A DNA stretch of 64,000 nt from Acidobacteriota bacterium (lineage in GTDB: Bacteria; Acidobacteriota; UBA890; WLXD01), in assembly GCA_965248695.1 (NCBI GenBank), contig CBDFKD010000002.1, positions 4,672,001 through 4,736,000 on the forward strand, written 5' to 3'. The position numbers and the translations under genes were made by a program. The notes below the pieces were generated by a model, which worked only from the letters and a program-made list of their open reading frames with translations, was not told the origin of the DNA and searched no databases. This document shows positions 38,834 to 49,043 of the stretch, one piece after another (the stretch's first letter is position 1; every line of letters starts with the position of its first letter).

Positions 38834-40492
38834 CTACCCTCGAGCGATGGTGTACGTGTGGTAGGGCTGCAGGGTGTCGATCGCCTCGACCGATTCGCTG
38901 CTTCTCCAGGCGAACAAACGCACCGTCACCTCGCCGGGAGTCACGTCGAGCAGCGTGAACCCGTTCTTCTCGAACACCTCGCCGCGTGTTTCGTGCACCA
39001 GGCCGATGGCGGCGAGCGGGGGGGTGCCGCGGTAGTCGGATGGCCAGCCGTTCGCCGTGCCGAGCGTGCCGGTCAAGACCGCGTGGACGGGGTTGGCGGA
39101 GAGGTCCAGGTCGCCGCTGCGCTCGAGCGTCGCGTGACCGATCGCGTGCAGATCGCCAGAGAGCACGATCCCGGGGCGCCGCGGCTGCGAGGTGAGGCTC
39201 TCGAGCACGCGCTGATGCTGCTTCCACCAGCCGGCCTGCCAGAGGAACTTGTCGCGGTCGGTTGTCAAGCCGTAGCGCTCGCCCCCAGGCGTGCTGTCGA
39301 TGGGTGACACCGTCGGACGCGAGGGGTCGCCTATATCGGCAACGTCCGGATACCACTCACGCCACTTGCCGGCCGACCAGCCGAACGGATGCGAGGGCAC
39401 GTGAAGGAGCTGCGCCACGCTCTGGTCACGGGTGCGATCGTGGAGCCAGCGCTCGGCCTCGGGCGGCACCAGTCCAGCATGGTCGCCCTTCAACGACAGG
39501 AAGCGGGCACAGTCGTAGATCAACGCCTCGACCAACCGCCCGTAGCGCAGCGTGCCGAAGGCCTCGGAGATGCCGGGCGCGCGGTCACCGGCCCCGGTTC
39601 CCGACACGGCTAGCGGGCGGTTGCCATCGGGAAGGAACTCCGGAAGGTAGGCGTGCCGCGTGAAGCGGGCGAACTCGAGTTGGTACCGATCGGGCGGGAA
39701 CGTGACCATTCGCGGATCGGCGTCGTCGTTCTCGAAGTAGTCGTGGTCGTCGCTGACGAAGTACGACGGCGTGGAGCGCAACAGCACGCCGTACAGCTGG
39801 GCGATTTGCGGGCTCACCGCCGCCTTCAGGGAGACTTCGTTCTGCGTGCCGAGCACCGGAAGGGTCCGATCCAGCCATCCGACCTGCTCGTGGAACCGCC
39901 GCACCCTACGGCCGTACTCCTCGCCCCGGTTCTCGAGCTCGGTGCGCAGATCCCAGTAGATGTGGTCGCCGATGGCGATGACCGCTCGGGGCTGGAACGA
40001 CAACGCGCGGCGCAGCAATCGGCGTCGCACTTCGATGGGCAGAAACCAGTCGGCGTCGTCCGGGTGGCCCCCGGCACATGTATATGCCAGCAGTCGGACC
40101 GAACGCGGCTCGGCTTGCGGGGCGGGGAACGTACGCAGCGGCCAGGGCTCGCAGAGCGCGTCACCGCCGTTGTCGGCCAGCTGCAGTGTGTACTCGGCGT
40201 CGGGCTCGAGACCGCCGATGTCGAACTTGAAGAAGCGCCCCTGTGTGTCAGTTCGGATGCCGGCGACCTGCCGATCGCCCACCCGCAGGACGGGCGCGAC
40301 GTCGAGCGTGTCGGTGAAGGAGCATTTGATCGCCATCCGATCGTGGCTGGCGGCCGGAAGCAGGTGCTCCAGGGAGCCCGACCACCAGTCTTCCTCAGCC
40401 CGGGCCGGCGTTCGGGGCGCTGTAGCGATCCCGGAGGCAATCGCGGCCGTGGCGATGAAGCGCCGTCGGCTCCACACCGAGTTTCGCGTCAT
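38834..40492 (-). CDS. Tat-exported PhoD-like metallophosphoesterase
   Basis: SRRRFI signal; GDHIYWD, DDHDY.END, LSGDLH. Confidence 0.65.
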   Translation of the reverse strand: MTRNSVWSRRRFIATAAIASGIATAPRTPARAEEDWWSGSLEHLLPAASHDRMAIKCSFTDTLDVAPVLRVGDRQVAGIRTDTQGRFFKFDIGGLEPDAEYTLQLADNGGDALCEPWPLRTFPAPQAEPRSVRLLAYTCAGGHPDDADWFLPIEVRRRLLRRALSFQPRAVIAIGDHIYWDLRTELENRGEEYGRRVRRFHEQVGWLDRTLPVLGTQNEVSLKAAVSPQIAQLYGVLLRSTPSYFVSDDHDYFENDDADPRMVTFPPDRYQLEFARFTRHAYLPEFLPDGNRPLAVSGTGAGDRAPGISEAFGTLRYGRLVEALIYDCARFLSLKGDHAGLVPPEAERWLHDRTRDQSVAQLLHVPSHPFGWSAGKWREWYPDVADIGDPSRPTVSPIDSTPGGERYGLTTDRDKFLWQAGWWKQHQRVLESLTSQPRRPGIVLSGDLHAIGHATLERSGDLDLSANPVHAVLTGTLGTANGWPSDYRGTPPLAAIGLVHETRGEVFEKNGFTLLDVTPGEVTVRLFAWRSSESVEAIDTLQPYHTYTIARG

Positions 40493-40608
40493 CCGATTGG
40501 CTCCGTTCGATGAGCGTAGGGTCAGTCTCTTCGCCGTCCCCAGGTCCCTGCTGGACTGTACTCGCTACCCTGGCCGGCCCGGAACCGCGACCCGACGGCA
40601 GGTGACGA

Positions 40609-41247
40609 TCAGGAGGAAGCCCGCTGCAACCGCAGTCCGGAGCGCGCGAAAGGAAGCACGCCGGCCGCCAGGCCAACCGTGAACATCCCCGCCGGGAAGC
40701 TCTCTGGAGCAATTCCCTCCGCGACGGTGCGCCAGTTCCAACAGAAGGCGACAACGATCGTCAACGCTCCGGCACAGGCGACGGCCCACTCGGCGCGCGT
40801 CAGCCGCACAGTGTTTCCTAGCGCGCTGATGCGCTCGTGCACTCCGAACCCGGCAATGAGGAATATCGATACCAGCGCCGGGTAGATGACCGGCCCGAGC
40901 CACGGCACCGGGATCAAGAACAGCACGTCCCAGGTGAACAGCGACGGCGGCCAGCCGAGAAGGAGCCATAGGCCAACGTAGTAAACGATGTCCCAGACGC
41001 CGAACAGGAAGGCAAAGACGAAGAAACGATCCATGCGGTCGCGGCCGCCGACCATGGCGACGGCGAGCAGCATCAGCATGGTCGTGAGCTCGCGCAACAA
41101 CTCAACCGTCATGATGTTGTCCGGAATAAGGACGATCGGGAAGCGGAACCCGTCGGGGTAGTACAGCTCGCGCAGATAGACGACCACTGCGGCCTCGAGG
41201 AGGCCGAAGGCGCTCCCGAACAGTGTCAGCCATGCGGTGCGTCGCAT
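40609..41247 (-). CDS. Conserved integral membrane protein
   Basis: Multiple TM helices; EAAVVVYLR, ELLRE, WDIVYY, WDVLFLIPVPW. Confidence 0.7.
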   Translation of the reverse strand: MRRTAWLTLFGSAFGLLEAAVVVYLRELYYPDGFRFPIVLIPDNIMTVELLRELTTMLMLLAVAMVGGRDRMDRFFVFAFLFGVWDIVYYVGLWLLLGWPPSLFTWDVLFLIPVPWLGPVIYPALVSIFLIAGFGVHERISALGNTVRLTRAEWAVACAGALTIVVAFCWNWRTVAEGIAPESFPAGMFTVGLAAGVLPFARSGLRLQRASS

Positions 41248-41282
41248 CGGGGGACTCACACTCGACGTCGCTGCACGGTGCT

Positions 41283-41804
41283 CTACCTCGCCACGTCGAA
41301 CTCAGGACGATAGTGCGCCACTCCTCGAAGCTGCTTGGCGCAGTTAACGTCTATGGGCAGGATCATGAAGGCGTCTTGGGGAACACCCTCCCACTGGGAG
41401 CGCACACCGTACTCGTGCGCGCGCACGAAGCCGAAGCGCGGATAGTAACGCTGGTGGCCCAGTACAACTACAAATGGCCATCCCGCGGTTCGTACCTCTG
41501 CAAGGCCGTGCTCTACGAGCTGAGTTCCGATTCCTTGATTCTGATGCACCGGCAGAACGGACATGGGGCCGAGTCCTAGACCGTCAGTAGCCCCGTGTCG
41601 GTGTTGGATCGACACTGGAGAGAACAGGATATGCCCAGCTACTTCGCCCGCAGCTATCGCCACGAACGACATCACGTTCGGCGCCGCTTGTCGAAGAGCG
41701 TCGACGATGTCCGCCTCCTCCCACTGGCCGAAGGCGAGCTGGTTGACGGTCCGAATCGCGAGGAAGTCCTCTTCTCGTTCGCGGCGAATGTTGACCATGG
41801 GCAT
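41283..41804 (-). CDS. GNAT N-acetyltransferase (YhbS-like)
   Basis: GHILFSP, LGPMSVLP..QNQGIG, VLGH..YYPRFGF. Confidence 0.88.
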   Translation of the reverse strand: MPMVNIRREREEDFLAIRTVNQLAFGQWEEADIVDALRQAAPNVMSFVAIAAGEVAGHILFSPVSIQHRHGATDGLGLGPMSVLPVHQNQGIGTQLVEHGLAEVRTAGWPFVVVLGHQRYYPRFGFVRAHEYGVRSQWEGVPQDAFMILPIDVNCAKQLRGVAHYRPEFDVAR

Positions 41805-41818
41805 CTGGTGCTGCAAGG

Positions 41819-41876
41819 GTCGAACAGCGGGCTGAAGCTGGATTTGGCAGATGGCAGCTGTCCGATCGCGTTCTTA
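41819..41876 (+). other. Degenerate integron attC-like site
   Basis: GTCGAAC-AGCGG-GCTGAAGC...CAGCT-GTCCG-ATCGC-GTT, 58 bp; imperfect pairing. Confidence 0.3.
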
Positions 41877-42007
41877 GTTTGGTGGGTCGGCTAATCCAAA
41901 ACGACCGAAACCCATGGTAGGTTCAAGCGTCACGCGCGGAGCGTGGTTCAGCGCGTAGGGTACCGGCAAGCGCGGGGAGCCTGGACAACCAATCGCAGGA
42001 GTCGAGG

Positions 42008-43438
42008 ATGAGTGAGAAGGTGGGTCGTGCGAAGGATGGTGTTGAGGGGTCCGGGGTAACGAGGCGTGATTTCACGCGCTCGTCCGTGGTGGCCGGCGCC
42101 GCAGCCGTAACCATGCCGTCGGCGCTCCGCGCCGAGAGTATCGGCAGCCACGAGGCTCTCGCAGCGGCGAGCCAGGGTCCGGTTCCCGACGACTGGGTTC
42201 CGGGCACCACGATTCCGGCGAAGTACTACCTGGACGAGGAGATCTACCTCCGCGACGAGGCGCTGCTTCGTGATCACGTGTGGCTGTTCGCCGACCACGA
42301 GAGCCGTATTCCGAACGCCGGCGACTACTTCGTGTTCCCGTTCGGCCGCAACGACAGCATCATCGTGGTGCGCAACGAGGCCGGAGTGATCAACGCCTTC
42401 CACAACGTCTGCCGTCACCGCGGCTCGCGCCTGTGCCGTCACGATGCTGACGCGATTCCCGACGACCCGCGGCTGTCCGTAAAGCAGCTGGGACAGGGCG
42501 GAACGTCTCCCGTCTTCCGGTGTCCGTACCATGCGTGGACGTACGACGTCGACGGCAACCTGATCTACGCCTACGGGATGCAAGAAGATTTCGATCCGGC
42601 CGACAACGGCCTGAAGCCCTGCAATCTCAAGACTTACGAGGGCCAGATCTTCCTGCATCTCGGCGAAGGCGAGCCCCCGGACTTCGAACCCTACGTCCGA
42701 AGGATCGAGGCCATCTCCCACCGCCATGGCACCGCCCAGCTCAAGATCGCTGCCCGGCGCCAGTACGTCATGCACGCAAACTGGAAGCTGGCCCTGGAGA
42801 ACTTCCTCGAGTGCTATCACTGCGGACCATCGCATTCGTGGCTGGTAGCAGCGCACGATTGGGACTATGCGCTCAGCGAGGAGCAACGCGCCGAGCTGGA
42901 AAAGGATCTCGATTCGTGGGTGGTGGGTGAGGCACGGCCCGGGGGTAGCGATACCGACGAAGTGAGCCTGCGCAACAACGCCGGCGTCGGCAAGGGCTTC
43001 CTGAACCCGGGCGTCGAGACCGGTACACTCGACGGCAAGCGTGCCGCGCCGCTACTGCCGACCTTCGACAAGCCGACCCACGGCTTCCGGGAAGCAGGAT
43101 CGGGCTGGTACACCGGCTACTGGGCCGCCTACGACGATCATGTCGCCATCGCGCGGTTCGCGCCTCGCGACGTTGACTTCACCGACGTCGAGATCATTTG
43201 GCTGGTACATCCGGATGCCGAGGAAGGCCGTGACTACGATGTCGAGGACGTGATCGACCTCTGGCACGTCACGATTCAGGAAGACAAGTGGGTCGTTGAG
43301 AACAATCATGCCGGCGTCCGCTCGGGCCGCTACGGGGCGGGACGCTACGCTATCCACGAGCCGCTCCCCCGCGCGTTCGTGGATTGGTACATGAGATCCT
43401 TGGCCGGAGCTGATCCGGGCGGTTCCTCCTTCACGTAG
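42008..43438 (+). CDS. Rieske non-heme iron oxygenase alpha subunit with twin-arginine signal
   Basis: TRRDFTR plus hydrophobic stretch; CRHRG and CPYH Rieske ligands; NWKLALENFLECYHC..SH; distal QED. Confidence 0.87.
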   Translation: MSEKVGRAKDGVEGSGVTRRDFTRSSVVAGAAAVTMPSALRAESIGSHEALAAASQGPVPDDWVPGTTIPAKYYLDEEIYLRDEALLRDHVWLFADHESRIPNAGDYFVFPFGRNDSIIVVRNEAGVINAFHNVCRHRGSRLCRHDADAIPDDPRLSVKQLGQGGTSPVFRCPYHAWTYDVDGNLIYAYGMQEDFDPADNGLKPCNLKTYEGQIFLHLGEGEPPDFEPYVRRIEAISHRHGTAQLKIAARRQYVMHANWKLALENFLECYHCGPSHSWLVAAHDWDYALSEEQRAELEKDLDSWVVGEARPGGSDTDEVSLRNNAGVGKGFLNPGVETGTLDGKRAAPLLPTFDKPTHGFREAGSGWYTGYWAAYDDHVAIARFAPRDVDFTDVEIIWLVHPDAEEGRDYDVEDVIDLWHVTIQEDKWVVENNHAGVRSGRYGAGRYAIHEPLPRAFVDWYMRSLAGADPGGSSFT

Positions 43439-43488
43439 GGCTGGGCTCGTTCACCGCCCGCGTTCCGCGGGCTGCCAGTCCCTCCGCC

Positions 43489-44880
43489 CTATTCCTCGGC
43501 TGCGACCGGGTCGGGGTCGGGATTGATCCGATCGTCGGTCGACTTATCTTCGGCACCGGAGTGCGCGTTCGGCAGCGCGCCGAAAACGCCTCTGAGAATC
43601 CAGAGCGTACCGACGATGATCAGACCCAACATGATCCATCGGAGGAGGGTCGCGGCGAATCCTGCGTCCATGACCGGGGCGCGAACGTCGTACCGGACGA
43701 GCTCCGCCCCCCGCTCGGTCATCCAGTGCCAGCCGGTGTGTGCCAGGAAGGCCGACAACACGATCGTGCCCGACACCTCGGGAAGCCAGCGGCGGAACAG
43801 GAAGTCGAGCACCGGCACGGTCAGCGCGAGAACGAAGAGCTGACCGAGCTCCACCCCGACGTTGAAGGACAGCAGGGAGGTGATGAGGTGGGCGCCGGCG
43901 AACTGTAGCGACTCCGACAGGGCGAACGAGAACCCGAAACCGTGGATGAGTCCAAACCCGAACGCGATCATCCATCGGCGCCGCAGCTTCGCCCCGATGA
44001 TGTTCTCGAAGGCCATGAAGACGATCGACAGCGCGATCAGCGTCTCGATGAGCGGCGGGAACCAGAGGGCGTTGGGAGCGAGACCGAACGCCGACGCGAT
44101 CAGCGTGATCGAGTGGGCGATGGTGAACGAGGACACGATCGGGACGAGCGCCCAGAAGCGTCGAAACGGCACGACCAGGCAGAACAGAAACAGCAGGTGG
44201 TCGATGCCGTCGAGAATGTGCTCGAATCCCAGGACGATGAAGCGCCAGGCGGCCTGGTGCCACCGGGGATCGAGCCGGAACGGTCCCAAGTTACCGGTGT
44301 ACTGGAAGGCGCGCTCCGGGCCGCCGGCCGGCAGGAACCGCAACACTGTCAGCGTCCTCAGCCCCAGGTGCGCCCAGCGGGCGTCGATGGTGAATTCGGA
44401 ATCCTCCGAGGAGATCGGCCACTCCATGAGCACGTCGAGCATCGCCTGCTGCAACGGAAGATCCGTACCGACCGGAAGCGCGGCCGACCGCACGTTCGCG
44501 AGGGCCGTCTCGTAGCTCCGGAAGGCTCGATCGCCTGGAATGGCGATGCGAACGCCGGTGACCTCCGGCAAACCCAGCGAGGCGCCCGCCTCGAACATCT
44601 CGACGTAGTTGCCGATCCACTGGATTGCGGCCTCACGGCTCAGCTCGGTTGCCTCCGGTAGCTCCAGGTATCCGGGATCGCGTACGGGAAAGGTGTAGTC
44701 CCTCATCGAGGGCAGGGGAACTCGGACCAGGGCCCGGATGGTGCGCCCCTCGGGGGCGACGAAGGCCTGGAGAGTTACATCGGCCGGGATCTCGTGCGCC
44801 TCCCTCGACCAAGTCGGGAGAAGGAGAACCAGCGCGACGACGAGTACGGCAGCGCGGCGGAGGCGTTCTTGGTCGGGCAT
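43489..44880 (-). CDS. HupE/UreJ family membrane protein with N-terminal periplasmic domain
   Basis: GFEHILDGIDHLLF, FTIAHSITL, FGLIHGFGF, FNVGVELGQ; mature N-terminus HEIP. Confidence 0.82.
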   Translation of the reverse strand: MPDQERLRRAAVLVVALVLLLPTWSREAHEIPADVTLQAFVAPEGRTIRALVRVPLPSMRDYTFPVRDPGYLELPEATELSREAAIQWIGNYVEMFEAGASLGLPEVTGVRIAIPGDRAFRSYETALANVRSAALPVGTDLPLQQAMLDVLMEWPISSEDSEFTIDARWAHLGLRTLTVLRFLPAGGPERAFQYTGNLGPFRLDPRWHQAAWRFIVLGFEHILDGIDHLLFLFCLVVPFRRFWALVPIVSSFTIAHSITLIASAFGLAPNALWFPPLIETLIALSIVFMAFENIIGAKLRRRWMIAFGFGLIHGFGFSFALSESLQFAGAHLITSLLSFNVGVELGQLFVLALTVPVLDFLFRRWLPEVSGTIVLSAFLAHTGWHWMTERGAELVRYDVRAPVMDAGFAATLLRWIMLGLIIVGTLWILRGVFGALPNAHSGAEDKSTDDRINPDPDPVAAEE

Positions 44881-45040
44881 GGCCGGAAAGCTACCGCGGC
44901 TCGGGCGGAGAGGGCTACCTCATGGGGGTGGCGGTTCGACGATCGCCGGAGGGCCCCTACATTGTCGGATATTCCCTCACAGTGTAGGATCCGCGTCCGG
45001 TAGACGGGACCTGCCCTTCTTGTGCCAGGGAGATGGATTG

Positions 45041-46246
45041 ATGCGGAAGCGCAACCTGACCTACGGTCTGGCTTTGATCGGACTGATCACGATCCTCGCC
45101 TTCGCAGCGGACGCCATGGACGACATGGCCGCGGCGGCACCCGGGGACGTACCGCTGTTCCAGGTCGACCCATTCTGGCCGAAGCCGCTGCCGAACCACT
45201 GGTTGATGGGTGCCACCATCGGTGTTGCCGTCGACAGCAACGACACTATCTGGCTCGTCCACCGGAACACACCGGACCAGTTCGCCGCCCGAACCGAGAT
45301 CGGCATGGTGCAGGACCCGCCGGTTGCCTCATGCTGCCAGCCGGCTCCCCCCGTCCTGCACTTCGACCAGGACGGCAACCTGCTCCACGCCTGGGGTGGA
45401 CCCGGTACCGAGACAGGCGACTACATCTGGCCGGCATCGAACCACGGAATCGCCGTGGACGACATGGGGAACGTCTGGATCGGCGGTAACGGCGGCGAGG
45501 ATCGGCACATCGTGAAGTTCACCACCGACGGGCAGTTCCTGGGCCAGTTCGGTGAGTCGGGTGCGCCGCTCGACAGCAACAGCAACACCAACTTCGGACA
45601 GGTCGCCAAGGTCTCGTTCGACCAAGAGAACAACGAGATCTTCGTGGCCGACGGATACGGCAATCACCGCGTCGCGGTCCTGGACGCCACCAGCGGCGCG
45701 ATGAAGCGCTACTGGGGTGCCTACGGAAACCGGCCGACCGACGAGGCCCCGCCAGCTTATGTGCCTGGCGAGACCCCGCCGCAGAACTTCCGCACCCCGG
45801 TGCACTGCGCCGACCGGGCCAACGACGGGATGGTCTACGTCTGTGATCGTCCGTCGAACCGGATCTCGGTCTTCACCACCGGGGGCGAGTTCCTGAAGGA
45901 GGCCATCATCGCGCCCGCGACGCTGTCGCAGGGCTCGACGTGGGACGTCGCCTTCTCTCCGGACCCCGAGCAGCAGTTCATGTACTTGGCCGACGGCCAG
46001 AACATGAAGGTCTATGTCATGGATCGTGAATCGCTCGAGGTTCTCTACAGCTTCGGCGACGGTGGTCGCCAGCCGGGCCTCTTCTTCGCCGTGCACTCGA
46101 TCGCCACGGACTCGGACGGCAATATCTACACGACCGAGACGTACGAGGGCACCCGGATCCAGAAGTTCAACTTCATGGGCATGGGGGCGAATCCTGGCGG
46201 TGACACGGGTGCCGCCTGGCCTGCCAACAGGCGTCGCAGCAACTGA
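45041..46246 (+). CDS. NHL-repeat beta-propeller protein (PAL-like), secreted
   Basis: FQVDPFWPKPLP, NHGIAVD, VADGYGNHR, PVHC, YVCDR, HSIATDSDGNIY. Confidence 0.8.
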   Translation: MRKRNLTYGLALIGLITILAFAADAMDDMAAAAPGDVPLFQVDPFWPKPLPNHWLMGATIGVAVDSNDTIWLVHRNTPDQFAARTEIGMVQDPPVASCCQPAPPVLHFDQDGNLLHAWGGPGTETGDYIWPASNHGIAVDDMGNVWIGGNGGEDRHIVKFTTDGQFLGQFGESGAPLDSNSNTNFGQVAKVSFDQENNEIFVADGYGNHRVAVLDATSGAMKRYWGAYGNRPTDEAPPAYVPGETPPQNFRTPVHCADRANDGMVYVCDRPSNRISVFTTGGEFLKEAIIAPATLSQGSTWDVAFSPDPEQQFMYLADGQNMKVYVMDRESLEVLYSFGDGGRQPGLFFAVHSIATDSDGNIYTTETYEGTRIQKFNFMGMGANPGGDTGAAWPANRRRSN

Positions 46247-46282
46247 TCGACCCACTACGCCAGCTGCGGGTTGATCGCCGCT

Positions 46283-49024
46283 TCACTGATCCGCGTCGAA
46301 CATACGCTCCAGCTCCGGGATCGCGTTGATTACGACCTCGATCTCGGTGACGCGCTTCTCGGCGTGGCTGAAGTTCTCCAGGAGCAGGACGCGACCGTCG
46401 CGCGCGACGTCGTAGCTGCGGACGTTGGAGGTCCCCAAGTAGGGGCGATCGAACAGCTCGCGCGGCTCGCTCCAGCGCGGCGGGTCGGCGTCGGTGAACT
46501 CGACCACCATCATGCGTGAACGGTCGTTGAGCCCGGTGCGGTAGTAGAGTCGCCGGCCGTCGCGCGACCACACGGGACGCGTGCCGCCCGCTGCCGTCAC
46601 GGGGTACTCCGGTTGACCGGCCGGATAGGGTCGCGCGTAGATCTGGTTGGTGCCCGTGTGGTCAGAGGCGTAGGCGAACCAGGTGCCATCGGGCGAGAAA
46701 TCGGGCCATTCCTGCCTGCCTTCGGCGTCGACGATGTGGATCGGTTCGCCGCCGACGCGGGTGTCGAGTGCCCAGATGTCTCCGCCCCCGACGGCCAACA
46801 GCACGCCGTCACGCGACCAGCTGCTCGGCACTACGCCCTCGATCTGGAGCTCGGGGGGCCCGGCGAGATCAGCGCCGATCGAGAAGGTGGCCACATTGGT
46901 GCGGCCATCGTGGTTGCTCGTGAACGCGAGGCGATCGCCGTCTGCGCTCCAAACCGGCATCACCTGTGCGCCTTCCAGCCGCAGTCGGCGCAACGCGCCG
47001 GTAGCCAGCTCGAGAACCCCGATATCAGCGTCCGAGACCCCGCCGCTGCGCAACGCCAGATAGCGGTCGTCGGGCGAGAGACGCGGATACAGGTAGTAGT
47101 CGGAGATCATGGGGAGCGGTTCCGAGCCGCCGTCCGGTGATACCCAGACCAGATTGATGTTCGGGCTGTCGTAGGTGCCGCCCCGAGCGAAGGCCAGCAT
47201 GCCGGATTCCGAGGTCGTGTACTGGGCCGCGCCAGTGTCGATGCGGTCGTTGGCCCCGCCGATCGCGTGCATCAGGTCATCGGCGACGCGCTGAGGCTCA
47301 CCCACCAGCACGAGGTTGCGCGCGTCGAAACGAACCGCCCACAGTGCTCCGTCGCGCGCGAACAGAAGGTGTCCGCTCGACAGGTAGCGCATGTCGCTGG
47401 CGTTGCTGAAGAGCACCCGGTGGTCTTCCTCGCCCAAGCGGTAGGCGACCACGTCGGCACTGGCCCAGTTGCGATTGGCGCGCTTGACGATGTACAGGAG
47501 GGCATCTGAGTCGGGCAACGCCCGTGGCTGGACGTACTGGTACTCGTTGCGATCGCGCGCGACGGCCTTCAGCTGCTCGGGTTCTCCACCCCGATCCGAA
47601 ACCCGCCATATCCGGGTCCTGTCGGTGAAAACGATGCTACCGTCCGCGGTCCACTGGGCGCCGTCAAAGGGCATCCCATCGGATGAGGCCAGTTCGAGGA
47701 CCACGCGCGACGGTCCTCCGTTCACCGGGATCGTCCTCAGTGCTCCCGCCTCTGTATCGACGTAGCCGACCGAGGTCCCGTCGGGGGAGAAGAACGGCCA
47801 GACGCCGCCCTCGGTGCCGGCAATCGGCGCCGTCGAGCCGTCGGCGATGGATCGCAGGTACAGCTGCCGGGTCTCGCCGTCGGTGGCCGCAAACACCAGC
47901 GCGCCACCGTCTGGCGACAGCGCGATCGCTGTCCGGCTGGGACGATGACCTCCAAGTCGGGCGTCGATCGGCATTCCAGATGCGAGGTACAGGCCGTCGG
48001 GCAGCGGCAGGGTGAGACGTGCTACCGCGGCGGGCGCCGTGGGTCGGGAAGCGAGTTGCCAGCCCAGCACGGCGACGACAACGAGCAGCGCCGCTGCTAA
48101 GCCCGCCGCCCAGCTCAGGGGCACGGTGCGACCGGAGTCGGCAGCTGCGGAAACGCTCGCCAACGACCGCGCGGTGCCCGCCTCGACCTCGCCGCTCAGC
48201 GCGCGCAGGTCGATCGCTAGATCGCTTGCCGCCTGGTACCGCGCACCGGGCTCCTTTGCCAGGCACTTACCCAGGATCCACGCGAGTCGCTCGGGGAGCT
48301 CGGGTGCTACGGACACCAACGGCGGAGGTTCCTCGTTGACGATGCGGTCGAGCGTCTGCACGACGTTCTTGCCGGCGAACGGCTGTCCTCCCGTGGCCAT
48401 CTCGTAGAGCAGGCATCCGAACGCGAACACGTCGGCTCGGGAGTCGATGTCGGGGGCGCCCTCGACCTGCTCGGGGGCCATGTAGCCTGCCGTCCCCAGG
48501 CGGGTTGGCGACATCGACGCCGACCCTGCTCCCGATCCGAATAGAGTGCCCTCGGTGAGCTTCGCGAGCCCGAAATCGAGGATCTTGGAGTGTCCTTCGT
48601 TGGTGACGAAGATGTTCTCGGGCTTCAGATCCCGATGCGTGATTCCGGCCGCGTGCGCCGCCGTCAGCGCCTCGGCGATCTCGGTGGCCAGGGTCAGGGC
48701 GCGCTTCAACGGCAGCGCACCCTTGTCCAGTGGCTCACGAAGTGTGGTGCCCTCGAGGTGCTCCTGCACCATGAACCGGGTCTCGCCCGCCGTCCCGATG
48801 TCGTGAACGACGGCGATGTGCGGGTGGTTCAAGGCGGCGGCAGCGCGCGCTTCCTGCTCGAATCGGGCAAGCCGCTCTTCGTCGGAGGCGAGATCTTCCG
48901 GCAGCACTTTCACGGCTACCCTGCGGCCCAGGCGCGTGTCCTCGGCCAGCCATACCTCGCCCATGCCGCCGGCGCCGAGCTGCTCGGTAACTTCGTACGG
49001 GCCTAGTTTGGTGCCGGGTTCCAT
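46283..49024 (-). CDS. Ser/Thr protein kinase with TM segment and TolB/PD40 repeats
   Basis: [35 protein letters not shown]; SPDG repeats. Confidence 0.9.
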   Translation of the reverse strand: MEPGTKLGPYEVTEQLGAGGMGEVWLAEDTRLGRRVAVKVLPEDLASDEERLARFEQEARAAAALNHPHIAVVHDIGTAGETRFMVQEHLEGTTLREPLDKGALPLKRALTLATEIAEALTAAHAAGITHRDLKPENIFVTNEGHSKILDFGLAKLTEGTLFGSGAGSASMSPTRLGTAGYMAPEQVEGAPDIDSRADVFAFGCLLYEMATGGQPFAGKNVVQTLDRIVNEEPPPLVSVAPELPERLAWILGKCLAKEPGARYQAASDLAIDLRALSGEVEAGTARSLASVSAAADSGRTVPLSWAAGLAAALLVVVAVLGWQLASRPTAPAAVARLTLPLPDGLYLASGMPIDARLGGHRPSRTAIALSPDGGALVFAATDGETRQLYLRSIADGSTAPIAGTEGGVWPFFSPDGTSVGYVDTEAGALRTIPVNGGPSRVVLELASSDGMPFDGAQWTADGSIVFTDRTRIWRVSDRGGEPEQLKAVARDRNEYQYVQPRALPDSDALLYIVKRANRNWASADVVAYRLGEEDHRVLFSNASDMRYLSSGHLLFARDGALWAVRFDARNLVLVGEPQRVADDLMHAIGGANDRIDTGAAQYTTSESGMLAFARGGTYDSPNINLVWVSPDGGSEPLPMISDYYLYPRLSPDDRYLALRSGGVSDADIGVLELATGALRRLRLEGAQVMPVWSADGDRLAFTSNHDGRTNVATFSIGADLAGPPELQIEGVVPSSWSRDGVLLAVGGGDIWALDTRVGGEPIHIVDAEGRQEWPDFSPDGTWFAYASDHTGTNQIYARPYPAGQPEYPVTAAGGTRPVWSRDGRRLYYRTGLNDRSRMMVVEFTDADPPRWSEPRELFDRPYLGTSNVRSYDVARDGRVLLLENFSHAEKRVTEIEVVINAIPELERMFDADQ

Positions 49025-49043
49025 GGCGCTCTCAGATCAGGGT

